Source of the DNA: Pavona decussata
Lineage: Eukaryota
Direction: 5' to 3'
Assembly (NCBI GenBank): GCA_977016875.1
Contig: CDRNST010000056.1
Span: forward strand, 2,356,001 to 2,420,000
Length of the DNA: 64,000 bases
Made by a program: the position numbers and the translations under genes. The number at the start of each line of letters is the position of its first letter. The stretch's first letter is position 1. Of the stretch, positions 1-11,486 are shown piece by piece. Below the pieces are notes generated by a model, which ran no database searches, was not told the origin of the DNA, and worked only from the letters and a program-made list of their open reading frames with translations.

Positions 1-417
1 GAAAAATCAAGTCACGCGTGGGATATCCACGAGAAAGCACTGCAAGTTTTAAGTTCAAGTTTCAAGTTTTATTAAGTTTTTCAAACGTTGCTTACACTGC
101 ATAACTAATTTATCCCGTGATACTCCATTGAATTAACCCTCCTGTTTGACGTCTGGTTCCAGGAAATCAAAATTAAGGTAAAAACTGGAGTATTCTCCTT
201 CCATGTTTTAGTTGTTGACAGTAATTTTTTCTGAATGAAAATTTTGACCGGTCACAGGCTCTTCTTTAGGCGGGAAAAAATTTGTAGGCCGCCGGCGTGG
301 AACGCCGGAATTTTTGTCATACTTCCCGTTGCATACCGCAGAATATGCAATGGATTTCTAGCTTTCTGATTGGCTGTATTCTCTATGGCATGGGATAAAT
401 TATAATAGATTTGACAA

Positions 418-515
418 TTAGCCTCCCACGCAGTCGTTTTTAGGGGACTCGTATTACCTCCTCCCCACAAAGGAGGTAATACGAGTCCCCTAAAAACGAC
501 TGCGTGGGAGGCTAA
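418..515. mobile_element. Hairpin (foldback) MITE with 8-9 bp TSD
   Basis: Perfect ~45-bp arms (TTAGCCTCCCACGCAGTCG...CGACTGCGTGGGAGGCTAA) around an 8-nt loop, flanked by TTTGACAA on both sides. The paralogous site near 21337 is empty (GATTTGACAAAGGCT). Confidence 0.9.
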
Positions 516-977
516 TTTGACAAAGGCTCTAATCAAGCCGTGGGTCTTGCTGTGTCGCGGAAGGTCAGATGTTTGGTAGAGGTGATGGGGTGAAAATAAA
601 GCTTTCCGATAATGCCGATGCTCAGTTGTGTGTAAAAATTTAAAGTAACTTCTTCTGCGTTTACGCGTTCACTGAAATGTCCTCAGCTAGCTGTAGTAAT
701 CAAAGTTCCTTTTAATCTGAGTCACATAGATTTTACAACCCTTAAAAAATAGAATACGTTGAATGCAACTGACTGTGCTGACCTAACAAATTTATGAAAT
801 TAAATTTAAACTGTCGGTTGTTACGATGAATACTGCTTTCTCTGTCTTTTGCAAACGCCACAAATACTAGTCTTCGGTATCTTTAGGTACTGGTGTCTAC
901 TGTAGCCTGAGCGGTGAACAGAGATCTTTTCGTGGTGCTAGCATTGATCTCGTTGGCAGATTCTACTGGAACGAGAA

Positions 978-1364
978 CCTGTTTACATGGAGGGAGGAAG
1001 ATCCTAGAGGGCGGATCATCCTAGCGCCAAATGTTTTCTGTATTAGTTTACGTGAAAAAGTACTACTTGGCCCTAGCGCTTGGATCTTCCTAGAGAGAGG
1101 AACTTCCTAGTTGAGACATAGGAAGATCCTAGCACCATGTAAACTACAATCGCTCGGAAGATCCTAGAAGTACTAGGGACAAAAAGAACAAACATGGCGG
1201 CAGCCGGGCGTTCAGCTGCTCAAGGCCGACAGTTATTCTTCTTTTCCTTCTACACTTGGTAACCACTTGGCCGAAATTTCTGCATGTAAAGCAAACGAAA
1301 AGCCGTTTTCCGCCTTCAGATCATCCTAGTGCTAGGATCTTCCTCCCTCCATGTAAACAGCCCC
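978..1364. mobile_element. MITE with CTGTTTACATGGAGGGAGGAAGATCCTAG terminal inverted repeats (TIRs), PIF/Harbinger-like
   Basis: Inverted termini at ~979 and ~1360 with internal GGAAGATCCTAG repeats. A shorter paralogous copy lies at ~21856-22132. Confidence 0.75.
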
Positions 1365-1557
1365 TAAATTCCTTAACCTCATGCAATTGTTGGTCACGCA
1401 TGTTAAAATTGAGACGGCTACCGCTGTACATAAAGTTTATCGGCCTCCAGCGTAATTGGATTTGCTCGACTGGCTCACACGGACTGTAGCTCTTGGATTG
1501 AAATTATAGTACACAGTGATCTTTCTTACTTGAGCGTTCTTATTTCGTAAAGAAAAC

Positions 1558-2883
1558 ATGGCTCTGGTTACTGAAAACTGGCAAACAACAAAACCCACCA
1601 TCACAGAAAGAACCAAGTTTATGCTCAACAACGATCTCTTCAGCGATGTGAAGTTTGTGGTTCGTAAGAGCGACGGTGAAAGTGAAAGTAAGCAAGTGAT
1701 TCCAGCTCACAAGTTTGTGCTGTCGATTGGCAGTCCTGTATTTGAAGCCATGTTTTACGGTGAGCTAGCCGAGACTAGAGACTCTATTGAACTGCCTGAC
1801 TGTGAATACGAGAGTCTGTTGGAATTGTTTCGTTACATGTACAGCGATGAAGTGAATTTGAGCGGAAGTAATGTGATGGGAATGTTGTACTTGGCGAAGA
1901 AATACATGGTGCCTTCACTCGCTGATAAATGCACGGAATATTTGCAAAATAACTTAGATCCATCAAACGTTTTCAGCATATTGTCATCTGCGCAGAAATA
2001 TGACGAGGGAAACCTCGTAGATCGATGCTGGGAAGTGATTGATAAACAAACTGAAGCGGCTGTGAAATCGGATGAATTTGCGACAATTGAGAGGCCCTTA
2101 CTTGAGGCACTGGTTGAAAGAGGAACGCTCGAAATAGCGGAAGTGGAGTTGTTCAAAGGAGTCGTCGAATGGGCGACAAAGGAATCGGAGAAGCGAGGCA
2201 TCGTTGCAGATGGACAAGAGAAAAGAAGAATTATTGGAGAACGGATCGTAAAAGCGTTACGCTTTCCTGTGATGAGCCTGGAAGAATTTGCCTCCGTTGT
2301 CGTAGACAGCAAAATTCTCACGTACGATGAACTTGGTAATGTAATCAAATATTTAAGTTCAGTACAAAGTCCTTGTAAGGGGTTTCTTATGACTAAAAGA
2401 TCCGGACCTTCTAGTAAATTAACGCGCTGTCGCAGGTTTAATTCAATGCAGTTTGGTTGGAAGAATTTGAACGAACAGCAATGCATACGTTTTTCAGTAG
2501 ACCGTGACATATTATTTCATGGAGTCAACATGTTTGGCAGCAAGGGCAATACTTATTCACTTAATCTTAGGGTTTGTGCGGTTTTCAGTAATGTTTTTGG
2601 CGGCTCTACAACAGGTACATTTCCATCGGTGGTCGACACTTCAGGAACGTATTATTGTTTTGATGTACTGTTTGAAAACCCGGTACCTTTAAAGAAAGAC
2701 GTCACATACCTTCTTGCAGCTAATGTCACTGGTCCTGATTCTTGGTACGGTACCCAAGGCCATTATACTCACTTGTGTTCTGGTGTTACATTTACTTTGG
2801 GAAACCATTATTTGTCTAATGAAGCCATAACAAACCCCACCCAAGGGCAATTTAATGAATTTATTTTCAGCCATTGCAAGTGA
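1558..2883 (+). CDS. BTBD6-like: BTB/POZ-BACK-PHR domain protein (BTBD1/2/3/6 family, Cullin-3 adaptor), copy 1, intact, 441 aa
   Basis: BTB motifs SDVKFVV, PAHKFVLSIGSPVFEAMFYG and YLAKKYMVPSL; BACK region (EVELFKGVVEWA, LRFPVM); PHR motifs (RF...GW, FSVD, GPDSWYG, GQF.EFIF). Uninterrupted ORF. Confidence 0.93.
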   Translation: MALVTENWQTTKPTITERTKFMLNNDLFSDVKFVVRKSDGESESKQVIPAHKFVLSIGSPVFEAMFYGELAETRDSIELPDCEYESLLELFRYMYSDEVNLSGSNVMGMLYLAKKYMVPSLADKCTEYLQNNLDPSNVFSILSSAQKYDEGNLVDRCWEVIDKQTEAAVKSDEFATIERPLLEALVERGTLEIAEVELFKGVVEWATKESEKRGIVADGQEKRRIIGERIVKALRFPVMSLEEFASVVVDSKILTYDELGNVIKYLSSVQSPCKGFLMTKRSGPSSKLTRCRRFNSMQFGWKNLNEQQCIRFSVDRDILFHGVNMFGSKGNTYSLNLRVCAVFSNVFGGSTTGTFPSVVDTSGTYYCFDVLFENPVPLKKDVTYLLAANVTGPDSWYGTQGHYTHLCSGVTFTLGNHYLSNEAITNPTQGQFNEFIFSHCK

Positions 2884-3241
2884 ATAAAAAGAGAGTGTTC
2901 AATTCATTAGCTAAGGAATTCGTGCTATTACAATTAATTAATCGTCGCGGAGAAAAATCGTAATGCTTTAATGGCTATGAACTGAGAAGGAAATTAGACC
3001 GGTTCTAAAACGATTTAATATTAACCTGTGATTGTTTGGTGGTACTTTTCGTATAATGTGCGCCATTTTGAAATTTGATCAAACGTAGCAAAAAATATGA
3101 ATGAAAGGTACACGGTAATAATCTGATAACAATAATAACAATGCAAAAATCTGGAATCTAGACAAAAATTGAAGCTCTGAACTTCAGACACCAGGGAGTA
3201 GAGATTTTTCTATTCAAATTTAAGATTCATTTGCGTGCAGT

Positions 3242-3330
3242 TGGCCTGCGAACGCAGACGTGCAGTTTCCGGCTGTCGCTTTTAGTTTTCGGCAGCGAGA
3301 AGCGACAGCCGGAAATACGACTGCGTTGCA
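3242..3330. mobile_element. Short hairpin MITE (GCCTGCGAACGCAGACGTATTTCCGG family)
   Basis: Imperfect palindrome. Family members also occur at ~53262-53326, ~56484-56565 and ~60989-61045. Confidence 0.65.
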
Positions 3331-5044
3331 ATCCACTTCAGTTAAATTTTACAATCTTAAAGTTACATGTAGATCCGGTCAGTTAAGAAAAGAAAAACCG
3401 ATCGCACGCTTTCCATCTCAGCCTCATTCCTTAAACTAGGGTAATAATATTTGAAAACTGTTGTTGTACATGGCTGTAGAAGTTTTAAAACAATTTCAGC
3501 ATTTTAATTGGTTAATTTTCCAGGAAAAACCAAATTTAAAGGTAGCTGGCTGATTGGCACGCGTGAAAGTGAAAACTAACGTTTGCGGTTGCTAAACATG
3601 TTTGTATTCGTTTTAAAGCGGCTATCATTTTTCGGGCAAGATCTCTAGTAGGCGTAGAAGAAAAAATTCAAGTCTCAATCACCATCAACAAGCAAATTCA
3701 CGAATTTATTAGTTATGACGTTATCGCTGTGAAGGCGCGGTCATTGATTGATGCTAGTAAGGGATTAAAAGTCCACCCTGGAGATATTTGTTTCTCTTGT
3801 TTGTAAAAGAAAGAGAGTTTTAAACAAAAAGTTTTTCAGTTTTATGAAGTGTTAGTGATTGACGAGATTTCAAAGCTCACATGAGCTAATCTCGTTTAAT
3901 TGAGGCAATTGTAATTGACCAAGAGAGGATCCTCTCTTGAATTGACCCAATTGAGATGGGTAGCCTCTGATTGGCTCACAACTTATTCATATTAACCAAT
4001 CACAAATATCACACATCTGGGTGTTTTATTGGCTCATCCGTGGAGAGCTGTGTAAAGCTGTACAGGTGATGTTGTGTCAGTTAGCAAAATTTGTGATTAT
4101 TTGCCAAGGCACACGACCAAATAAATAGCTGATTCATGAGTGTAGCACTATGCTGTAATAAAACCTTGATAAAACTTGTAGCTCTCAAAATCATGTGTGG
4201 ACTTGTAGATCTTAATTATCAGTATGTAAGTAATCGATTTGTTTTATCAATTCATACCAACAGTATCTGTATCTAGGAAGGGAAAAAACGTTTCAGTTAT
4301 ATACGCATGCAAGTAATCCGAGTAATGAAGGTTTAGTATTCCAGTTTTATTTCAACAATGTTGTTGTGTAGTCGTTAAAAAATAAAAACCATTTTTAATT
4401 TCAATCAGAAATAAAACCAGCATACAACTCTGGCAAAGTCTGAAAGACATATCTATTTTCTTGGACTTTCCATGTTGGCTTATAAGGAGCAACCCCTCGA
4501 ACACACCCCTAAATCTAAGATAACTGCTCATTACATAAACTTACTTTTTATTCTTTGCTCAAAATATCCATGAATCATGGCAAAGAAGCGGAGTTTTGTC
4601 TGGTGATTAATTTATTATTGTGTAATATTCAGTAGATTAATAATCCCTTATGTATTCGAGTATAAAACCGCTTTTTATGGCAAAAGAACTCACAAATTAT
4701 TTGAGGGTCGACAGTCGTTGAAATGAGACTCTCGGAAAAGAAATGCCATTTGTACCTGCAGTTACGAAAGCTTTGTTTACTTTCATGCTTGTCCAGTGTC
4801 AATTTATATTATTCAGAAATGGATATTTGATTCTAAGGCGGTCAAATGTCGGCCTATTTTCTCTCCCTCACCAAGAATGCCTTGTGCCTGGTCCTTGTCA
4901 TGATTACCCTCTCACGCCCCCGAAGTCACGCGGACATGACGTTGCTCGACATTCTAGTGTTGTGCTGATTAAAGTCAGACCAATATTCTCACGAGAAGGA
5001 TTGAACTTCGAATCTATTAATAGATAAATGGAGTTAAAAATTTG

Positions 5045-5970
5045 ATTGTAAGCAGCACTAGCACTACGTTTACTTCCGACTTAAAATTGATCAGATTTGG
5101 CTATAATTTAGGAAACGGCTTCTCAGTCCAGCATAGCCAATAGAAATTTATCCAGTAAACGTATACGATGGCTTGCGGGAACATATTTAGTCTAGTCCAA
5201 TGAGATGGTTTATGGAAAAAAATAAGGGCTAAAGTGATTTATTTTGAATAGTAAACAGCACTACGTTTATTTCCGACTAAAAATTATTCTAATTTGCCAA
5301 CTTCGGAAAACGGCTTGTCAGTCCAGGCAAGCCAATACAATTTACCCGGTCGTCGTATACGATGGCTTGCGGGAATATATTTAGAGACGGTTTACGGAGC
5401 AAAATAAGGGCTAAAATGATTTATTTTTTGATCGTAAGCACTACTAGTTTATTTCCGACTTAAAAATATTCAAATTTGGCAACTTCGGAAAACGGCTTGT
5501 CAGTCCAGCGTAACCAATACAAATTTACCCGGTCATCGTATACGATGGCTTGCGGGAATATATATTTAGGGATGGTTTGCGGAGTAAAATAAGGGTTAAA
5601 ACGATTTATTTTTTTATCGTAAGCAGCACTACGTTTATTTCCGACTTAAATTGATCAAATTTGGCAACTTCGAGAAACGCCTTCTCAGTCCAGCCTAACC
5701 AATACAAATTTACCCGGTCATCGTATACAATGGCTTGAGGGAATATATTTAGAGATGGTTTGCGGGAACATGTTAAGTCTAGTCCAATGAGATCAGATGG
5801 TTTACGGAAAAAAATAAGGGTTTAAACGATTTATTTTGGATCGTAAGGAGCGCTACGGTCATTTCAGACTAAAAAATTATTCAAATTTGGCAACTTCGGG
5901 AAACGGCTTCTTGGTCCAGCGTGGCCAATACAAATTTATTTCCGACTTTAAATTGATCAAATTTGGCATT
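5045..5970. repeat. Tandem array of ~5 diverged units of ~185-225 bp
   Basis: CACTACGTTTATTTCCGACTTAAAA...TTTGGCAACTTCGGAAAACGGCTT...CCAATACAAATTTACCCGG recurs at about 5050, 5250, 5435, 5620 and 5845. Confidence 0.9.
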
Positions 5971-6092
5971 TTTTGGAAATTAACATTTTCAGCGGCTGTT
6001 ACCCAATGGGTTCGAGTGAATGAAGTGGATTTGCTCGACTGGCTCACAAGATTGTAGCTCATGGATTGAAATATACACAGTGATCTTTCTTA

Positions 6093-9074
6093 TAGTCCGG
6101 TAAAGTTGGTGAATGACCCACCACAAATTGCAACAAAAGCTAAATAGGTCTCATTCCACTGGTAATACCATTAGGAATAACATACTAAAAGTCACCGAAA
6201 ATCGGTGCATTGGAACAAGGTTAATTTTGCGGGAATATGAATGCTATTAAAATTCGAAAATCCACCATATTTAATTTATGCAGCGACATTACTGATGGAA
6301 TACTGAGATAGAAGTAGACTCTCTTATTCGAAAAAAACGGCAAAATGTCAACAAAAATCGATTGGGCAAAAAAATTAAATCAATTTAAGGTTAGTATAGG
6401 TGCATGTTATGAGGTCTGACGTAATAATGATGGAATAAACTATGACAATTTTAGTATTTTGGTGTCCAGGTTTCGTATTTCGAAAAGTTCAAAAACTCAC
6501 TGATAACTTTCGCTTCTGACTAATTTTTTAAGCGCAACAGTAACAAAGTTTGAAAATATTTATGTTATTATTTTAATACTAAATTTACGATGAATGTAAA
6601 AATGTAAAATAATTGACAGAAATGGAAGCCTGTTTAAAGAACACTTTAACTGTATACGAACTAGAACACCTGCTTGTAGGCTCCTAACTATTATACACTG
6701 AAAAATATCAGACTAATTACCAGACTAATGGACCAAATTAGTAGTAAGAGCTTAAAACGTACCTGAAGCGGCAGATAAACTCTAAATAATATGTCACTCA
6801 TCGTCAGAATCACAATCTCCCCAGAAAGTTCTACATTGCAATACAGCAGACCTTTGCATTGCCCACATGCAGGGGAACAGTACAAACCAAACTTCACACG
6901 ACTTCAGCGTTGGAACTGTAGTCTGTATTGCAGTTGCAATTGATAGCTTCCAGAAGATACTCTGGTGCAGGTTGCAGGTCAGTTACAACAGGTGATATCT
7001 TGTCATCTTTCAACCTCCACCCCCATTCGGTATTGCAATTGTGCACTCCACGCCATTGCTGGACTTGGTAGTACATACGTAGACTATGATACTTGGCTGC
7101 GGCTAATGTCGGCGGCAGTGTCCGCGGTTACACACGTGACGTGCTGGATGAAACTTTGTGGTGGAAATGCTGCACCCAAAGGATATCGATCTTGTCACCA
7201 GGTCTGCCGCTGTACAAGCAGACCAGTGCGTTTTCCCCAGCAATGTGGATATCTTCTGGTGTAGCTTGCGGGTCCTGAAACACATCAGCTTTCTCTCGGA
7301 AGAAAGCATTCGATCTGAGTTTCTTAAAAGCCTCAGGCTTACCAATACCTAACACTCGAGAGGTGGTATCACATCCCAGCAATGCATGCGCGAATAGAAG
7401 ATTGTCACAGATCTGATAACCTAGCACTCTTTGTACCTGATTAATGTTCCAGCCGCTCGTTGCAAGTTTGACTTTGGTTCCGGTCTGAAATACAGTTCAC
7501 GATTTGTGCTCTTTGAATTGTAACAAAGAAGTATGAGGAGATCTGTATCATCGCCAACTAAAACTGTGTTGTTCGATGCAGCTGACTCAATTGCTGTTTG
7601 TACCACTAGCACATCTGCATCAGCTTCTGCATTTATGACTACGATGTTGTTCTGTTGTAAGTGACGCGAGAGTAGCGTTATAAACCTCTGCTCGTTGGTC
7701 TTGTTGGATAAGGACACATCATTTTATGGTAGAACATATTATTTCCCCAGTGAAACGCACTTCAGCAGCCATACTAGATTAGGTTCGTCTAATGTGAGTG
7801 TTGTCTTCTGTGAATGGTCCGTTTTGATAGCCATAATGAACATAGCGACTACAGATCTAGATTGCATCAAATTTCTCACCACTAGGCCACATAATTCTGT
7901 GGAGAAGGGCACCTCCATCCAAAACGTACTGGGCAGATGTTGCTGGGCTAGGCATAGCTGGAACTTGTTTCCACATGGTATCGGCGATTGCAGCTTTGTT
8001 TGGGGAAGGTAAAACATTCGCGTTTCAAAAAGTGCAGGTGGATAGCTACAAAGTCATGAGTGAAAACTTCGTCCAGCAACTCTCCCTTAACTGTCCCTGC
8101 TGAAACGAGACGCTGGAACAGAAGCAAAGAATCGATAACCACAGTTTCTGTGCCTGTGTGCACTGTATCTTTCACTTCAAGGGTCACAGCCTGATCTTTC
8201 TTCTTGAAAACAAACTCTTGCACTTTCTGGCCAACCAAGCCATCCACGATCTTCTTTCCGACTTGACTGCCCTTCTCAGCGTTAACTGAACAACTTGTTA
8301 TGACACCAGTATCAATGCTGTGTAGGCTGCTGTCATTTGCATCAAATGGTGTTTTGGATTGTAAGTATTCCAGGACCTTGCAGGTGTCTCTGGTGTCTCT
8401 CTTTTGTAGAGCTAGGAACATGTCGTTGTGTTGATCACTTGTACAATAGCTGACTGATGTGTATTCCTGAAGAGCTTCGTTCACCTGGAATAGATAACAG
8501 CCACACTTGTCTCTGCTGTTCATCCATACCTCTTCCCCTTGTCAAACCGCCTGCACTCTTAATACTTCTCATTAGCGCTTGTTCGATTACTAGATCGGTA
8601 GACAGTTCAGCCAATATCGTTCAGAACGGCGCACGACATGACGACCCTCCACAAAATGCCGTTGCACTTCTGTTTGGTATTGATGAAAAAGTTAGCTGGT
8701 CTTTTTTTGTTCTAGCAAATAATTCGAAAAATGTGACGTCATATTACGTCACAAGCCACGCTAATGAACGTCCCTACATTGGCAGTGTTGTACATAATCC
8801 GATTGCTAATTTTTGTTCTCATAGCCTCAACTGTAGGAGCTATAGATCTTCGCACTTTGGTAAACTTTGGCTGCGATATTAAATATGCATAAAATTGTGG
8901 ATGAAATTATAGTGGTTTAAACTTTGTCCAAAATGACATTGTTCCAATGCTTCGATTTACGGTGACTTTTATTATGTTATTCCTCAATAAATTGGGAATA
9001 AAATTAGACATGTTTCGCTTTTGTTGCAATTTGCGGTGGGTTTGGCCTTCAAATTTTACAGATTGATTGAACTA
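6093..9074 (-). mobile_element. Decayed Academ DNA transposon (XPG-like nuclease and Cys-rich remnants)
   Basis: TAG...CTA termini, ~140-bp imperfect TIRs (CCCACC.CAAATTGCAACAAAAGC...AAAAGTCACCG.AAATCG..GCATTGGAACA) and a 3-bp TTA TSD (6090-6092, 9075-9077). The site is empty upstream of copy 1. Fragmented - strand ORFs read LLLFQRLV, AEADADVLVV, GDDTDLLILL, HALLGCDTTS, YYQVQQW...WGW and CNC...CSPACGQC. Confidence 0.85.
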
Positions 9075-9465
9075 TTACTTGAACGTTCTTATTTCGTAAA
9101 AAAAAATATGCCTCTTTTTACCGAAAACTGGCAAATAACAAAACCCACCATCAGAGAGAGAACCAAGTTTATGCTCAACAACGAATTCTTCAGCGACGTG
9201 AAGTTTGTGGCTCGTAAGAGCGATGGTGAAAGTGAAAGCAAGCAATTGATTCCAGCTCACAAGTTTGTGCTGACGATTGGCAGTCCTGTGTTTGAAGTCG
9301 TGTTTTACGGTGAGCTAGCGGAGACTAGAGACTCTATTGAACTGCCTGACTGTGGGTACGAGAGTCTGTTTGAGTTGTTTCGTTACATGTACAGCGATGA
9401 AATGAGTTTGAGCGGAAGTAATGTGGAAGTGTTGCACTTAGCGAAGAAACACATGGTGCCTTCAC

Positions 9466-9782
9466 CCCCCGAGGGGGGGGGGGGGGTACTCCCTTATATG
9501 GGCTATATAGGTATGTACGGCGCCAAAGGGTATGGTTTTTCGGCTGTTTTGGTCATAAATAGGGTATCGCTTTTAGCCATTTTGCTGCCATTTTGGTGAT
9601 AAATAGGGTATAGATTTTTGCACTCTAGTCCTGGGTTCGATTTTTTTTAGAAGAAGCTACTTCAGGTCATAAATAGGGTAGGGAAAATCGCAGGATTTGG
9701 TCATAAATAGGGTAAGGGTTTTGGAAAGCGGGCCGCACACCCCTACCCAATTTTTTTTGGAGTACCCCCTCCTCCCCCCGGG
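9466..9782. mobile_element. MITE with CCCG(G)nTACTCC TIRs and 8-bp TSD, inserted in the copy 2 CDS
   Basis: TSD GCCTTCAC at 9458-9465 and 9783-9790. Internal GGTCATAAATAGGGTA repeats. Confidence 0.9.
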
Positions 9783-10467
9783 GCCTTCACTCGCTGATAA
9801 ATGCACACAATATTTTCAAAATCACTCAGATCCATCAAACGTTTTCAGCATATTGCCATCTGCTCAGAAATATGACGAGAGAAACCTCGTGGATGGATGC
9901 TGGGAACTGATTGATAAACTGAAGCGGCTGTGAAATCGGATGGATTTGTGACAATTGAGAGGCCCTTACTTGAAGCACTGGTTGAAAGAGAGACGCTCGA
10001 AATAGCAGAAGTTGAATTATTCAAAAGAGTCGCCGAATGGGCGACAAAGGAATCGAAGAAGCAAGGGATCGTTGCACATGGGCAAGAGAAAAGAAGAATT
10101 ATTGGAGAACGGATCGTAAAAGCCATACGCTTTCCCGTGATGAAGCAGGAAGAATTTGTTTCTGTGGTTATCGACAGCAAAATTCTCACGTATGATGAAG
10201 TTGGTAATGTATTCAAATATTTAAATTCAGTACAAAGTCCTTTTGTGGGTTTTCCTGTGACCAAAAGATCCGGACCTTCTAGTAAATTAATGCGCTGTCG
10301 CAGGTTTAATTTAATGCAGTTTGGTTGGAAGAATTTGGACAGAGAACACAGCATTGTTTTTTCAGTAGATGGTGACATACTTTTTCATGGAGTCAACTTG
10401 TTTGGCAGCAAAGACAATACTTACTCAGTTAATCTTGAGCTCTTCGCTATCACTGGAATGTACTTCT

Positions 10468-11486
10468 TAATGCGCCGATCAACTCGAAACTTCAACATCC
10501 CCCCCCCCCCCCCGGGCAAACCCCGGGCATTTGAACTTAGAAGATTGGATCGTTCAAATTCCCGCCCCCTCGGGCCAAAATGGTGTTCAAATGCCCCACC
10601 TTATCGTCGGATTTGTCTGTCAAATGCCCCTCCTAAAGAACAATCGTTGTCGGCTCCTGTCATGAGTTACTACAAAAACCACAACGTTAACGAGTCGGAC
10701 AATGTCAATCAGCAAGTGTAAGCTTTTCTAACTCCGAAACACGGCAAAGGTTGTTTAACGAGAAATACATATAAATAACATATTTAAAATGAGTTAGCCG
10801 CTTACGTAGCTGTTCGAGTGGAGTTTAAGCCAAGGCGGCGGTTTTTCATTCGACAATGTTTTTTTTTTTCTTTAACTGTTCACTGCTGTTTTATGGCTAT
10901 TCTAAAAACCTCTGCAGACACAAATGCGGGAGAAAGGCGCAGCTTGACTCATTGCATAAAAAACTACATCGTTTAAAGAACTAGAAATACATATTGATTA
11001 GTTAGCCGGCTACGTAGAATGTTGTTCGAGTGGCAGGATATTCTGCAATTTGAGCCAAAGCGGTTTTTCATTCGACAGTGTTTATTTCTTTCACTATTCA
11101 CTGCGGGACAAAGCCGCAGCTTGACTCATTGTATAAAAAATCTACATCGTTTGTATACAATCTATAAAAATAATTAATATTTAAGCACTCTCACTTTTGA
11201 AGACCTTTTCTTGTAAGCTTTTCTTGTAATGCTCCATCTCGTCCAAACACGTGTTTATAGCTGTTAGCAACTTCGCCCCCCCCCCCCCAAAAAAAAGCGA
11301 TTTGAAACCTGACACTTCCGGTTCAATTTTCCCCACCCCACCCAGGCAAGGTCAAATTCCCCACCCCGGGGAAGGCCTTACCCGATCAAATTCCCCACTC
11401 CCGGGCACAGAAAATAGTCAAATGCCCGGGGTTTGCCCGGGGGGGGGGGGGGGGGATGTTGAAGTTTCGATTTGATCGGCGCATAA
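10468..11486. mobile_element. Non-autonomous DNA transposon with ~65-bp TIRs, inserted in the copy 2 PHR region
   Basis: ATGCGCCGATCAA.TCGAAACTTCAACATC(C)nGGGCAAACCCCGGGCATTTGA is inverted at both ends. BTBD coding sequence resumes at ~11488. No clean TSD. Confidence 0.88.

Noticed and set aside
1833-2510. Long antisense ORFs over each BTBD copy (also 9845-10378, 22612-23283, 28464-28877, 61837-62295)
   Set aside because: Shadow frames of the sense genes. Their recurrence reflects paralogy, their lengths vary, and they carry no recognisable motifs.
4743-5027. Similar short ORFs at 4743 and 13303
   Set aside because: Paralogous 3' flank DNA; the reading frames diverge through indels.
5045-5970. 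Repeat array considered as CRISPR-like
   Set aside because: The units are long and similar throughout, with no unique spacers or cas genes, and the context is eukaryotic.
9021-10721. ORFs 9021-9599, 9697-9933 and 9930-10721 as separate genes
   Set aside because: They are fragments of pseudogene copy 2 reading into MITE sequence.
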